A DNA stretch of 64,000 nt from Chrysomallon squamiferum. Lineage: Eukaryota > Animalia > Mollusca. The notes beneath the pieces are model-generated. The model made no database searches. It was not told the DNA's origin and saw nothing but the letters and a program-made list of their open reading frames with translations. Below, piece by piece: positions 46,109 to 59,189 of this stretch. Where the stretch lies: NCBI GenBank assembly GCA_012295275.1, contig CM022673.1, forward strand, positions 12,338,001 to 12,402,000, in the 5' to 3' direction. How positions within the stretch are numbered: the first letter of the stretch is position 1; each line of letters starts with the position of its first letter. The position numbers and the translations under genes are program-made.

Positions 46109-48977
46109 GACGTCACAGTAAAATATGCAAATCAATCAATCAAAGAGCAAGGATGCTGAATAATAATAATAATAATTATCAAAATTAAATTTAAAAACCA
46201 ATATATAAATAAATAAATAAATAAAATTTAAAAAAAAATATTACAAATAATGTAGTAAAAATCAAATATATTACTCATTAATAGTAGTGGTAGTAATAAT
46301 AATAATAATAATAATAATAATAGGAATAAAATAAATAAATAAATGAATAAAATAAATAAATAAATAAATAAATAAATAAATAGTCAAGATAAGTTAATTA
46401 CATATACTAAAATAATTGCAAATGGAAATGTTTAAGTTACAAAAAATTAAATACTGTAAATTGTCTTATCTACTTATATATGCATATTTCTTCATATATT
46501 TCTTCACGACTCAGAAATCACAAACACACACACATATATATATATGAATTATTTAAAATAAACTAGTAAAATCTACTCACCAAGTTTACAACTGTTCTAA
46601 CAGTGAAAGACTGTTGCTGTACTTACCACTTACAAAATCTCACGTATTTATACGAAATTTTATAATTGAATTTTTTGCGCATATAGCCCGAAGTGTTAAA
46701 AACACAAAAATTGCTGCTAGTGATTAATTAGTTGCTAAAATAAACATAAATCGATAAAAATAAATAAAGAGCAATTAAAATTCAAACTCGTTCGTGTTTG
46801 TGACGCTTACTGCATGTATCACAGTTACTAAAATACCTCTCATGTGATTATAAACGATTGTAGATTTATCGGATGGTTGGACCTAACCCGGAGACCCAGT
46901 CCCTATGTTTTACTTCCTCTTTCTCTTTTTGTTTCATCTATTATTTTGTGGTGAAAATTACTTTTTTTTTTTAATTTTATGTTTAGCGTTAACTGTTCAA
47001 AAAAAAAAAAAATAACTACAGTGAACACTATAAGTCATTGGGTGTGTATTTGGTGTGTGCTTGTGTGCGTGCATGCGTGTGTGTATGTGTTTGTATGGAT
47101 ACTTCTGTTTGTCTAAATGTGTGTGTTTCTGCGTGGGTTTGTATGAGTGTGTGTATTTTTGTGTGTATGAATATATCCAACCATCCGTCTACACATGCAT
47201 CCATCCTTCTATCCTTCCATACATACATACATACACACATACATACATACATACCTACATACATGCATATATACATACACACGCATACACACATACCTAC
47301 ATACATATATATATATACATACACACACATACACAGAAACATACACACAAACATACATACGTACATATATGCATATACACACACACAGTATTACATACAT
47401 TTATATGTGTCATATATTGTAAGTGATAATGCAATGTCAGACAGATAAAATCTTCAAAATTAAGTTAAATATCATGTGCGTGTATTAAAAGCGGAGCGAG
47501 AATCGAACATGACTTTGTATCTCTGTACGTGTAAGTTATGTCCTACTAAACGTATGTGTCCTCTTCAGTTTTGTATTCCTATATACAGTGTTGATCGTTT
47601 AATTTACTTGAATTAATATTTGAAAATGCTGCACACAGAGTCATAGTTACTTAGACATACGATGACCACGTGGTTAACACGACTTGTATTATGTCATTAT
47701 TATGATAAAGAAGATTGAAATTAAAACAATAAAATTAATAGTAGTAGAAGTAGTTGTTGTTGTTGTAGTAGTAATAGTAGTAGTAGTAGCAGCAGCAGCA
47801 GCGGTAGTAACAATAATAATAATAATTAATTAAAATAAAATTAAAAGCAGATTCTAAATTTCCTGAACAAACAAGGAAGGATATTGACTTTTATCAACGA
47901 CAACGACAGCATTAACAACAACAACAACACGAAACAAACAACGATGATGTGATTGAGTGGTTTGTTAAAGAATGTTTACGGAAGTAAATTTTACTTCGCT
48001 TTACTACGTTGTCAGGAAGCTTGTTCTTCCGATTATTAATTTTATTTTATTACAGATCGCAAATGAAAAGAATTAAAAGTAAGTACCTGATTTTATTTCT
48101 GTTTCTGATGATTTTACAGTCTCTTAAACCAGTTTGTATACTTCCAGTTGATATTTTAAATGAGTTAATTTATTTGTTCATTTGTTTTTATGTTGTTTAT
48201 TTATTTATTTAATTTTAATATATATATATATATTTGTTCTTTTGGTTTTTAAATGTTCTTTGATGTTATCAAACATTCTGAATAGATTTTATATATTTTC
48301 AAAAAAAAAGAAAGTATTTTATTCTTGTTAAAACAGACGTTGTCTATATTATATTCATAAGCGAATGTTTTGTATTTTTCTTCCTAAATATGTATTTTGA
48401 TGCCGCAAATATACATTCTAAACTTCTAAAATCACTTCATTTTTTTCTTTTTTAATGTTTAATAAAGCGCTGCAAAGAAACACAGCTAAATATATTTATT
48501 TCCTAGTGTGTCTCTGTGTGTGTGTGTGTGTGTACGTATGTGTGTCTGTGTGTGTATGTGTGTGTATGCGTGTGTATGTGTGTCTGTGTGTTTGTCTGTG
48601 TGTTTGTCTGTGTGTATCTGTGTGTGTTGTAACTTAAATATTTCATTAATTCGCTTATTTATGCTATACATAACAGGACAAAAGAAATATAACCAACAAC
48701 TGAAATTAAATATGTGGAATGATAACTACGCAAATGTTCTAACCACCGAACTACTACGGTTGGCTCTAAACACGAGTTGTGGTCAAAAGGTAAGTTATAC
48801 TGCCGAGAGCTAAGTATTTTTTAATGTTTTTTTCTAATTACTGCATGTTCGGCTTGCATCAATTGTATGTAGTCACTGATATATATTTTAGCGTTTGGCC
48901 TTGTAAACACTTCCTGGGTCATGACCCAGTCAGAGATGAAATTAGTGACTCGTTCAGATAACCGTACTGACATGCGC

Positions 48978-49070
<93 letters not shown>

Positions 49071-49424
49071 CTATTATTGATATATAGAATTTAAAAACGT
49101 TCACTAATAGACACACAAACCGACAAGCCTGCACATTTATTATTTTTAACTAATGAGTCGAGAATAATACATAAAACGATGTGTTATTCTGTAGCCTATA
49201 CATATTAGCTTAAAGGGGAAAAAAGTATTCCAACATAATGTATGTCTAATGTATCATTATTCCCTGCGTCTCTGTCAGTCTTCCTACCTACATACGCATT
49301 CTCTCTCTCTTTAACTTATTTATTTATCTATTTATTCATTTATTCATATATTTTTTAAAAGTAATTTGAATTAGCGGTTTTCCCAATCGAATTTCCTAAA
49401 TTTGACATAAATCCTAGTTTAACA

Positions 49425-49539
<115 letters not shown>

Positions 49540-49875
49540 GTGTGTGTGTGTGTGTATGTATGTCTGTCGCTTTCTGTGTCTATTTATCTATCTGTCTATT
49601 ATTGGTCTGTTTATCTGTCTATCAGTCTGGCTGCATGTCTATGTATGTATGTATGTTTTCATCTTTCTGTCTCTGTGTCTGATTGTCTCTAACTTATTAT
49701 TTTTATTTTTAAATATAAATTTTTATCCAAGCTGTAGACTGATTTGTTTATATTTTATCAGACCACATTTCAGCATGGAAAGAAAATTATTTGTTCAAGT
49801 GAATGTGTCGCTCTTAAACGTAATAACAGTAATATCCGTCGATGACCATTCTAATACTGTTTATACACTTTCTAA

Positions 49876-50640
49876 AGCTGTGTTCACACGATCCGATCTG
49901 TCCCAACGAACTGCCGCAAATGGTCGAATCGTACTAAATTAAATTAATTTCATTCTGCAAGTCATCCTGATTACAACAACATGACTTATTTCTTATTACA
50001 AAACTGAAATTTCAAAAATAATTTTAAATTAAAATATGAACAAGAGTTTTTTCCCTTTGTTTTTTTTTCTCTTTTCATTGAATTTGTATTTAACATTATT
50101 TAAAGTCAATGCCTTTGACTAATTAATTTTTCTCTCTGTGTATCTGTCTGTATATCCGTCCATCCATCCATATCTACCTGTCTCTCTATATATCTGTACA
50201 CACACAAATATACACATACAAATACACACACACACACACACACAAACGCACACACACACACACACAATCACAGACATATATATATATATATATGAGCGTG
50301 TTTGTGTACATGGACATACACACGATATCCAAAAATAAGGATAATACTGAAAGTCAATACAGAAATGAATTTTAAATATTTAAAAATGAGTCTAAAAAAT
50401 AAAATGAAATAAAATAAACAACAAAAACAGTTACTACTAACTATTACTGCAATAATAATACGAAGAATTATAATAATACGAGAATAAGACGAAGAAGAAG
50501 AAGAGAAAACAAAGAAAAGAAATACGAAAAAAAAAACGAAGAAAAAAGAAAAAACCCGTCATATGGTAACAACTGATTCTTACTACGTAATAATTTACGC
50601 TACAACTCACTACATCGAGTCGTTTAGTGTGAACGCGGCT
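49876..50640. mobile_element. PIF/Harbinger-type MITE candidate
   Basis: Terminal inverted repeats AGCTGTGTTCACAC (49876-49889) and GTGTGAACGCGGCT (50627-50640) match at 12/14. TAA flanks both sides (49873-49875, 50641-50643). Confidence 0.55.
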
Positions 50641-50857
50641 TAATGAAATACAGACATCGTTATAACGCAGTTCATCAGAACAGTGAAATCTGCAGATAAC
50701 TCCGTCACACTGGATCCTCTCACGTCAGTCGTACCCCGAGATCTTATCACCACAGTGTGAGCGATTGACACACCCTCTACTGACAGACAGACTGTAAGAG
50801 TTTTCAATAAAGATATTCATGACAAAAGAGGACAGACATACACACATACACACAAAT

Positions 50858-50899
<42 letters not shown>

Positions 50900-50906
50900 A
50901 TAAATA

Positions 50907-51345
50907 CAGTGGTACCGTGACTTACGAGTTTAATTCGTTCCGTGACCGAACTCGTATCTCAATTTGCCCCCTATTTTTTGTTTCTTCTTTTTCTTTTTGT
51001 AACACGATTTTAAATAACAAAAATTTATTTATAAATGACAAATATTGTAAAAAAAAAAAATGAAAGATAATGTAAAGAAATAAATTGGTTTTTTGTAAAG
51101 TGTATTTATCTTGGAGATGATACAAATTATTTTAACACCTTTGGCTGGAGTTACATCCTTCGTCGACTCCTTCTGCTTCAGTACGGTACATAACGTTGAA
51201 GTACTATGCTCGTTCTGCCTAGCCAAGTCGACTACACGCACACCTCGCTCATATTTTTCTATGAATTCAAGTTTTAATTCAGTGGACATCATCCGCTTCT
51301 TCTTCTCAGCACTGTCTTTTTGCACTCACGTTCTTAGGATCAATG
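50907..51345 (-). mobile_element. Internally deleted Tigger/pogo DNA transposon with CENP-B/HTH N-terminal fragment
   Basis: TA+CAGTGGTACC..GACTTACGAG terminal sequence at 50905-50928. Minus-strand KDSAEKKKRMMSTELKLEFIEKYERGVRVVDLARQNEHSTSTLCTVLKQKE resembles a TIGD-type helix-turn-helix. No DDE domain. Confidence 0.75.
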
Positions 51346-51849
51346 GTCAGAAGAAAGAAATTTGGCAAAATACTGCACAAAACGCGAGCACAACACAACA
51401 GAGATGCTTCCACAGCGAGTTAACCACGTGAAGTAAACGAGTTACACGCGGGTTGCTGGACGGATGTTATGTTGTTCGCTGAGCCAACTAGCGGCGTTGT
51501 ATCCGAGTAGTTTATATTAGATTCTGTTAATTTTTGTATTGTTGTTTTTACTGATGTTGTTACTTTTGCAATAAATACCATTGTTGTTATTTTTATCATT
51601 ATCGTTATTATCACTATTATTATCATTATTATTATTACCACTGTCATTATTAATATCATTATCAATTATTATCATTAGTATCATCATCATCATCATTAAT
51701 TTATATTTCGAAACATTTAAACTTTTAAAATCATATTGATTTTTATCCTATTTCTCAGGGATACACATGTTGGTAATTATTTTTTCGTCTGTCATATTTT
51801 CCTTTCCAGCGACGACGACGACTTCTTTTGAAACAGCTCAAACGCAAAA

Positions 51850-52420
51850 TCAATCAATTCTTCTCGTTTTCTTTATCAAATCGTCCCCGTGGCCTAGAGA
51901 GGGGAAATCGCTATCTGTCTTACACGGAACACATTTTCTAACTGAATGTGTCTGATTGGCGAGTGTGTGTACAGCTAACCGAGGCGTGTAATTAGCCATA
52001 CAGACTGAGGTCTTGTATTCAATCAAGACTTCTATCGCTTACAATTCCCGGAGGGGCGAGTCTTCTGCTGTCCATGAAACGGAGGAGTGTTAACAACTGC
52101 GCGAAGTTTAACGTCTGCAGAACTCGCTAATTTGACCAGAAGACCGAGATGAATGGAACAGATGCGGACACTTCCGCAGCCGTTGAAATGACCGTATTAA
52201 GGCCATTGTTATGGCAACCGTCGCGAGCGTGACCATCAGCACTCGTTTTTGATAAGGGTCAGCTGACGTGACGTGATTGGAGACCAGAGAGAAATGATGA
52301 GATTTCCTGATTGCTTCAATGCGCAGAATTTCGATCTGGAAAAGCGTAAGTTTTCGTTCGTCCCTCCGTTTACTGATTTTCGACGTTTAGTTTTCACTCC
52401 GATTTGTTTATTCAACGCGT
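51850..52420. promoter_or_regulatory. CpG-enriched promoter/enhancer-like island
   Basis: Two ATTGG (CCAAT) boxes, ACTTCCG (ETS-like), GTTATGGCAAC (RFX-like) and tandem TGACGTGACGTG. No linked gene identified. Confidence 0.25.
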
Positions 52421-53922
52421 CCAACAAGTTATGGTAGCATGACCAAGACAGAAAATTACTTGAACCTTTAATGGATTCAAGTTCTTGTCAAAATAAAGAT
52501 CAAAAGGATACATTGCGTGTCGTGATAATTATATTTTTTTTTTCAGCGGAAGGGGATTAGATCATCACTTTTGTGCGCAGTGTTACGTCATCGGGTTGTC
52601 TTGGTTTGCAGCGTATCTTGACCCTAACGGCAAAACAATTACGTAATCGATCTCTGTCTGGCATATTATGAAACTGTCACCATGGTAAATTACAGTCGAT
52701 CTAGTACGGCACCCGTTAATCTATTATTTCTATTTATGCTCGTAATTAATTACGTCATTAGCTTTATTAAAATATACAAATTAAGTTTAATATTTGCTAT
52801 TGCCTTCGTGATGTGTGTGTTATTCGTGAGTGTCCGTAATTCTATAAATGCTTTAGATATTTGAGTATTTAGCCATGAGTCTTTGTGTGTATGCGTTCTA
52901 CATACATATTTTTTATTGCCTACAAAGAAAGTGTCAGTAGTAATAACAGTCGTAGTGCTGGGGGTTTGCTGAGCTGGGTCAAGTATGGTAGTAATAATAG
53001 CACCAACAGCAGCAATGATAGTAGTAGTAATAGTAGAAACGGTTGTGGAATATCATAGGTAGTAGTCGAAGTAGTAATAGTAATAGTAGTAGTAATACTG
53101 GTGATAGTATTGGTAGTAGTAGTGTTAGCAGTAATACTATTAGCATTAGCAGCAGTAGTAATAATAGTGGTAGCAGCAGCAGTTAGCAGTAGTAGTAGTA
53201 GTACTAATATTAGAAACACTAATGGTAGTAGTAGTTATAATAGTGGTAGCAGTAGCAGTAGAAGTAGTACTAGTAATAGAAACACTAATGGTAGTAGTAG
53301 CAGTACTAGTAGAAACAGTAAAAGTAGTGGTGGTAGTAGTCATATTAGCAGTAGCAGTAATAGTGCTAATGGTTATAGTAGTAGCCGTAGTAGTAATAGT
53401 ATAAACAGTAGTAGTAGTTTCTATTGGCAGTAGAAGTAGTAGTAGTAGTAGAAGTAGTAGCAGTAGTAGTGATGGTGCTAGTGGTAATAGCTGAAGCAGC
53501 AGGAATACAAATACAAAGCAAAATAACAAATTAATGTTCATTAGTAAGTAAATTTGTGAAGTAAACTACGATAAACTTTTAATATCTTTGTGCTCCACTT
53601 TTCGTATTAAAAAAAAAAACAGAACTAATTGGGAACGCTATGCGCTTTTTTTATGATTATCAATAACAGTAAATCGTTTCATTAGCTTGAGAAATTGCTC
53701 ATTTGGGCGTTATCGGATAATTGCATCTTATTTTGGTGAATTTAGCTGCTTTAAATTTAAGCTAGGATAAAGTCTTTATTTTGCAGTAGAGTTCTTTATG
53801 TCTTTAGAAAAAAAAAAAAAAAAGGAATATGCAATAATTAAGTCGACTGCACTGTACTATATTATTTTTAGAATGATCTGGGTTGGAATCTCGATGTGCT
53901 TTTCATTATTTTTGTTATTATC

Positions 53923-53983
<61 letters not shown>

Positions 53984-55836
53984 GATGATTATTACTAGTA
54001 TCTATAAAAAACTTAAACAAGTACTCGTAATATTAGTAGAAGTAATAACAACAACAAAATGATGATGATGATGATGATAGTAATAAAAAAAAAGATGAAT
54101 CGTTTTTGCATTTTCGAAAAAGAATATAACATTCAGATCTTCATTAATTAAAAAGAAAGACAAAAAAAAAAAAAAAAAATTTTTGTATAATAAAACAAAC
54201 AAATTAGAAAACGTAACATCATTGAATCGTAATAAATTGAGATTAAAAAAATACCACGTTACCAAACAACATCCAAGGCTTACGATAGCAGTTTTTGTTT
54301 GAAATCGATACACTTAGACATTAAACTAACAGAACATGTCAGATTTATCGTGATGGATTTGATTACAAACGTAAACCTGTCAGAGGAATTTTCCACATTT
54401 GATGTGAAGTCAGAATAAAAATCATCACATTGAGATAAGTGTTCGTTCGATTGGTTCCCAGCAGATCTCGCTGACCAGACACTGGAGCTGGGTAATTTCA
54501 GTCTTAAAATTAGCAAAATTATTCAAAGATTGATGGCCGTGATGAGCCTTTAATTCTGAAGACTGTAGGAGCGATCCAAATTTATGAGGGAGGTGGGTGA
54601 AGAAGCGTCTCTCGTCTCTTCTACTTGTGAAAATCTTTGGTCTTCTTCATGTCTCCCTTTGTAATAGACAGTCTAGTCGCTGCTCTTCTTCTTCTTCTTA
54701 TTAGTTTTTAAAATTCAATAAAGATATCTTTCGTTCAAGACAACTGTTCAAGAGCATGTGATATGTTATCTTGTGTTTGTGACATGACACATTAAACTTT
54801 ACTGGCTATGGATTGATAATCGTTATCCATAGAGTTTTTTGTCTCGTTATTCAATATCTTAGCTCCCACATAAATTGTATAAATCTTATTTCTTTAAACA
54901 ACCAACCATTCTTTCCTTTATTACGAACCTTTTTTTTTTTTTTTTTTCTTTTTTTTTTTTTTTTGATTCCCTTTGGAATATTAGAACTAAATGAACAGAT
55001 ATTAAATTTTGCAGCTAAGAAAAATTCTGTGTATTAGAAAGTAACCAAGAGCCAGACAACGCGAAACGAATGGCGGGGCATCAGTTAATTCGTCATAAAG
55101 CGATATGAAATAGCTTATTGATTATTCGCGACTGTTGCTAATAAACAGCACTGAAATCTTCAACATTTGTTGAATATCTAATCCATCTTTTGGTTTGGCG
55201 TACGACAGAAACTAATTATCTTCGCCGTATATGTGTCTAGGTCAGATATTCCGCTACGCATTTTCTCATTACCGATGTTTCTGGATTAAATTCCCGGGGT
55301 CATCCGTTTCTGAAAATGTTCCGTCTGAATGCCAGTTAATTTTAGATTGGTGTCAGACACCAGCACTTAACAGCGATAATGCATATCGAGTTAGCGTAAT
55401 GCCGTGAGTGCTCGGTGCATCACAACGGGCGATCGTCGTTGTAACGTCGTGACCTCGGTGCCTCCGGCGATCGGGGAAGAAACTAAAATAGAGATAAATT
55501 CAGAAATATCATTCGTAATATCGTTGTCGCAACAGAAGCGGCATTTCTGCATTAACGATGTAGTAGTGTTATACAGACTCTGCAATCAACACGCTCATGT
55601 CTTCGACAAAAACGACACACCGCGACTGGGTGTCTGTCAGAAAGAAATAAGTAAACGAAAACAGAAAAAGAAAAAGTAATATTGTAATACGGCGAGAGAT
55701 TTTCTTGACTTTTCACAGGCAATTTATCAGTATAGAAGTAGTGTGAAAACATTAACAGTGTGTGAAAAATAGATGCAATATCTAGCGTGTTAATGAACAA
55801 ATTTGTATATATGTGTGTGTGTGTGTATGTGTGTGT

Positions 55837-55872
<36 letters not shown>

Positions 55873-56576
55873 TAATAACAGAAATAAAATAACTGTATTA
55901 GCATGCGCCTTTTATCTTTTTACTTTTCTTTTTTATCATAAATAATTATAATAATTAACTTCTTCTTGATGGTTGCCTTTTGTTCTTTCTTTCTTTTTAT
56001 TTTTAGCATTTTTTTTTTTTAAATATAAATATAGAATAAACAATAGATTCGGCTCCTGTTTGTGATTTTTATTTTTTTATTTGGTCTGTAAATCTGTGTC
56101 TCTGTGTGGAAATAGAAAATATGTTAGTGTGTGTTGAGTATGCATGTTTGTGATAATTTGTACACGCATGCGCGCGCGCGAGTGTATTTTTCCGAAAATC
56201 TCTTTATTTATACATCTATGTTCATAACATAGAAAGCAATTCTGACAAAAAGAAAGAAATCTGCTAGAATGAAATTAACAAATAAGCCCAAAAATTCCCA
56301 AACCTCTCCGCTTAAATCCTTTGTCTTACACAAGATACTTTAAGTGAACGACCTTTTGTTGTTCTATTTACATCCACACATACCACGACGCCACGATGTA
56401 TGATTTATTTCTTAACAATAACAAAATATCTTAAACAAATATAATACATAAAAAAATCAAATCAAAGAAAACAAAAATATGAATGAATGTCGATGATAAC
56501 AAGGATTCAAAACCGGAAAACGGTCAATGTTTCAAAATGCAGTGACCGCTTGTTCAGTGTGTCAGACAACTTTGTT

Positions 56577-56631
56577 TATAAGTAGCAGCTTCCAGAGTAT
56601 GGACAAACAAGCCAAGAAGACGCAGTAGGAG
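56577..56631 (+). promoter_or_regulatory. TATA box and non-coding exon 1 of the Asp/Trp peptide gene
   Basis: TATAAGTA at 56577-56584 and strong donor GAG|GTAAGT at 56632. Confidence 0.65.
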
Positions 56632-57020
56632 GTAAGTACAATGTTTTGTCAAGAAATATTGGTTAATATGGCTGAAAAGCATTAGTCTTGTTACTTGTTC
56701 CAACAAAATCAAAGAATCTGTTTATTACTGATACAAATGAAATAATATAATATTACTAGGTTTTAAAAAAAAGAGAAAAAGTAAATAACAGAAATTGTGT
56801 CATGGTAAGACATTTACAATACGAATAGAAACGTCATATACGCATATATGATTATTTCACTAAACTAAATGATGTCATCCGTGGAGGCAAATCTTTATGT
56901 TTTAAAATCTTTCTTCTTTCTTCTCTTAATGTTTGATGCTTTACGATTTAAACTTGAGAAACCTTTCTGAATGACGCTGCTATGTGACACTGTTTATACC
57001 AGTATTCTAATATGTAATAG

Positions 57021-57098
<78 letters not shown>

Positions 57099-57261
57099 CG
57101 CTATTATTACTGTTACTGTTGATATTATTATGGTTATTGCATATTATTATTATTATTATTTTTGTTGTTGTTGTTGTTATTTTATTTCTTTTTTATTTCG
57201 ATATCACTTTCAGATTGTTCATACTGGAACCAGACACTGATCTTTGTCACAGATTCCTGCA

Positions 57262-57846
57262 ATGAAAGATTTCATCCGAATTGTCCTTCTCTTGGCTCTC
57301 ATAGGGCTTGTCTTGGGTACGTTTTTGTTTATATACACATATACGCACACAGACAAACTGTAGTGACACACACACACAAACGCATATATAATGCATTAAA
57401 AATAAAATGTTTTCGAAATAATTTATCAATTTTCACACCCATCCATACACACTCCACCACACACACCCCCATCTATGCATCCACCCAACCCATCATATTT
57501 ATAAACATATTAATACATTCCAATGTCTATAACTTTAAGAACGATATACCCATTCATTTATTATTACCAAATACTCCATATCCCATCATTCCTCCCATCA
57601 TTCCACCCATCATTATTACTACTGTATCCCATCATTACTCCTCCATATGGTATCTATTACTCCTGCTACAACCCATCATCCTGCCATCATCACTACTACT
57701 CATCACTATCACCCCACCGTCTACCACTAGAATAAATCAATAATAAATCACAATTACTACTTACCACTACCACTATTAATACTACCACATTAACTGGTAG
57801 TACTATTACTACTGCTACTATTATTATTACTGATATTATTGTTATC

Positions 57847-57944
<98 letters not shown>

Positions 57945-58128
57945 CTCTGTACATATAACTAATATCTCTTCATTTCTTTTCATCGCAGCTGATCGCTTTG
58001 ACGACATGTATGATGATGACTGGTTTGGTGATGATGACTGGTTCGATGATGACGACTGGTTTGATGATGACTGGGATGATTGGTATGATGATGATGGGTT
58101 CAGGGGACGTATGTTTTTCGGTCGATAG
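57262..58128 (+). CDS. Secreted Asp/Trp/Phe-rich polyanionic peptide (64 aa); exons 57262-57316 and 57989-58128
   Basis: MKDFIRIVLLLALIGLVLA|DRFDDMYDDDWFGDDDWFDDDDWFDDDWDDWYDDDGFRGRMFFGR*. Acceptors tttgtcacag (57252) and ttttcatcgcag (57988), donor G|GTACGT (57317), AATAAA near 58218 and 58278. Not in the ORF track. Confidence 0.88.
57400..57755 (-). pseudogene. Corrupted copy of an array mature exon (closest to copy 3) inside an intron; pseudogene or consensus artefact
   Basis: ctccatatcccatcattcctcccatcattccacccatcatt matches copy 3 near 25080-25120, and gaataaatcaataataaatcac matches the copy 2/3 intron. The matches are interleaved with CA/TAC simple repeats and the frame is destroyed. 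Confidence 0.5.
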
Positions 58129-58636
58129 CACAAACTTTGGAACGTAAGACAGAAGTTCAAAGTTTTATTTTACGGATACACAACATGATTTTCAAATATT
58201 TAATATATATATATACATAATAAACAAATGAAGGATGTATTTGCTTTGATTTGTGATAGCCTGTTGTTTGAAATTCGAATAAACTGTTGGCATAAAAAGA
58301 AATCTGTTTTTTTATTTTTTATTTTTTTTTTATTTTTTTTTTTCCCTATTGATGGTCATAACGAAAATAGTTACTGTTAATTTTAAGACAAGAAGATTTG
58401 TTTTGTTTGTTTACTGTGTTGACAAATTCAAAAGATAAATCTGTAGAGAAAGCAGGACTGAAGAGTAATGAAAGCGGGATCACTCCTTCGCGCTATGCAG
58501 ATTGAATTATTTCCCGTTCTGACTAGTTTTACGAAACTTTTTTTATCAGTTGCTGTTAGCTTGTGCTTTCCTGTGTTCCTGCTGATGTATATATAATACA
58601 AGGCACATTCTTAATTGACGAGACAACTCCTCATGA

Positions 58637-58691
<55 letters not shown>

Positions 58692-59153
58692 TCACCTGAA
58701 AAAATATATAAAATTCATACATAAATATAAAGTACATCAGTGCCCGCGGAGCGTTTACATCTGATCGTAATACAACAACAACTACAACAACAACAACACA
58801 AACAACAACAACAACAACAAAGAGAAAATACAATTACAAAAGAGTTTCTATACTGAACTGAATTCTAAAATAAAACTGGTTGGTGGCGTGAAGTGCAATA
58901 ACTACTTTGTCAGTTTAGTGTCATTGAAGAAAAAAAAAAAAGTAAAAACAGGAGAAAAAAGAAGAATAAGAAAAAAAATGTATTCATCAATCAGTGACAA
59001 AAACACTCTCTATATAATATTTATGTCTTTTGTCATATATGTTTATCTGTCTACCTACTTACCTAGCTACCTACATGCCTTTCTGTCTATCCATCCATTC
59101 ATTCATCCATCTACTTATGTACGTACGGATGTATGTATGTATATGTATATATA

Positions 59154-59189
<36 letters not shown>

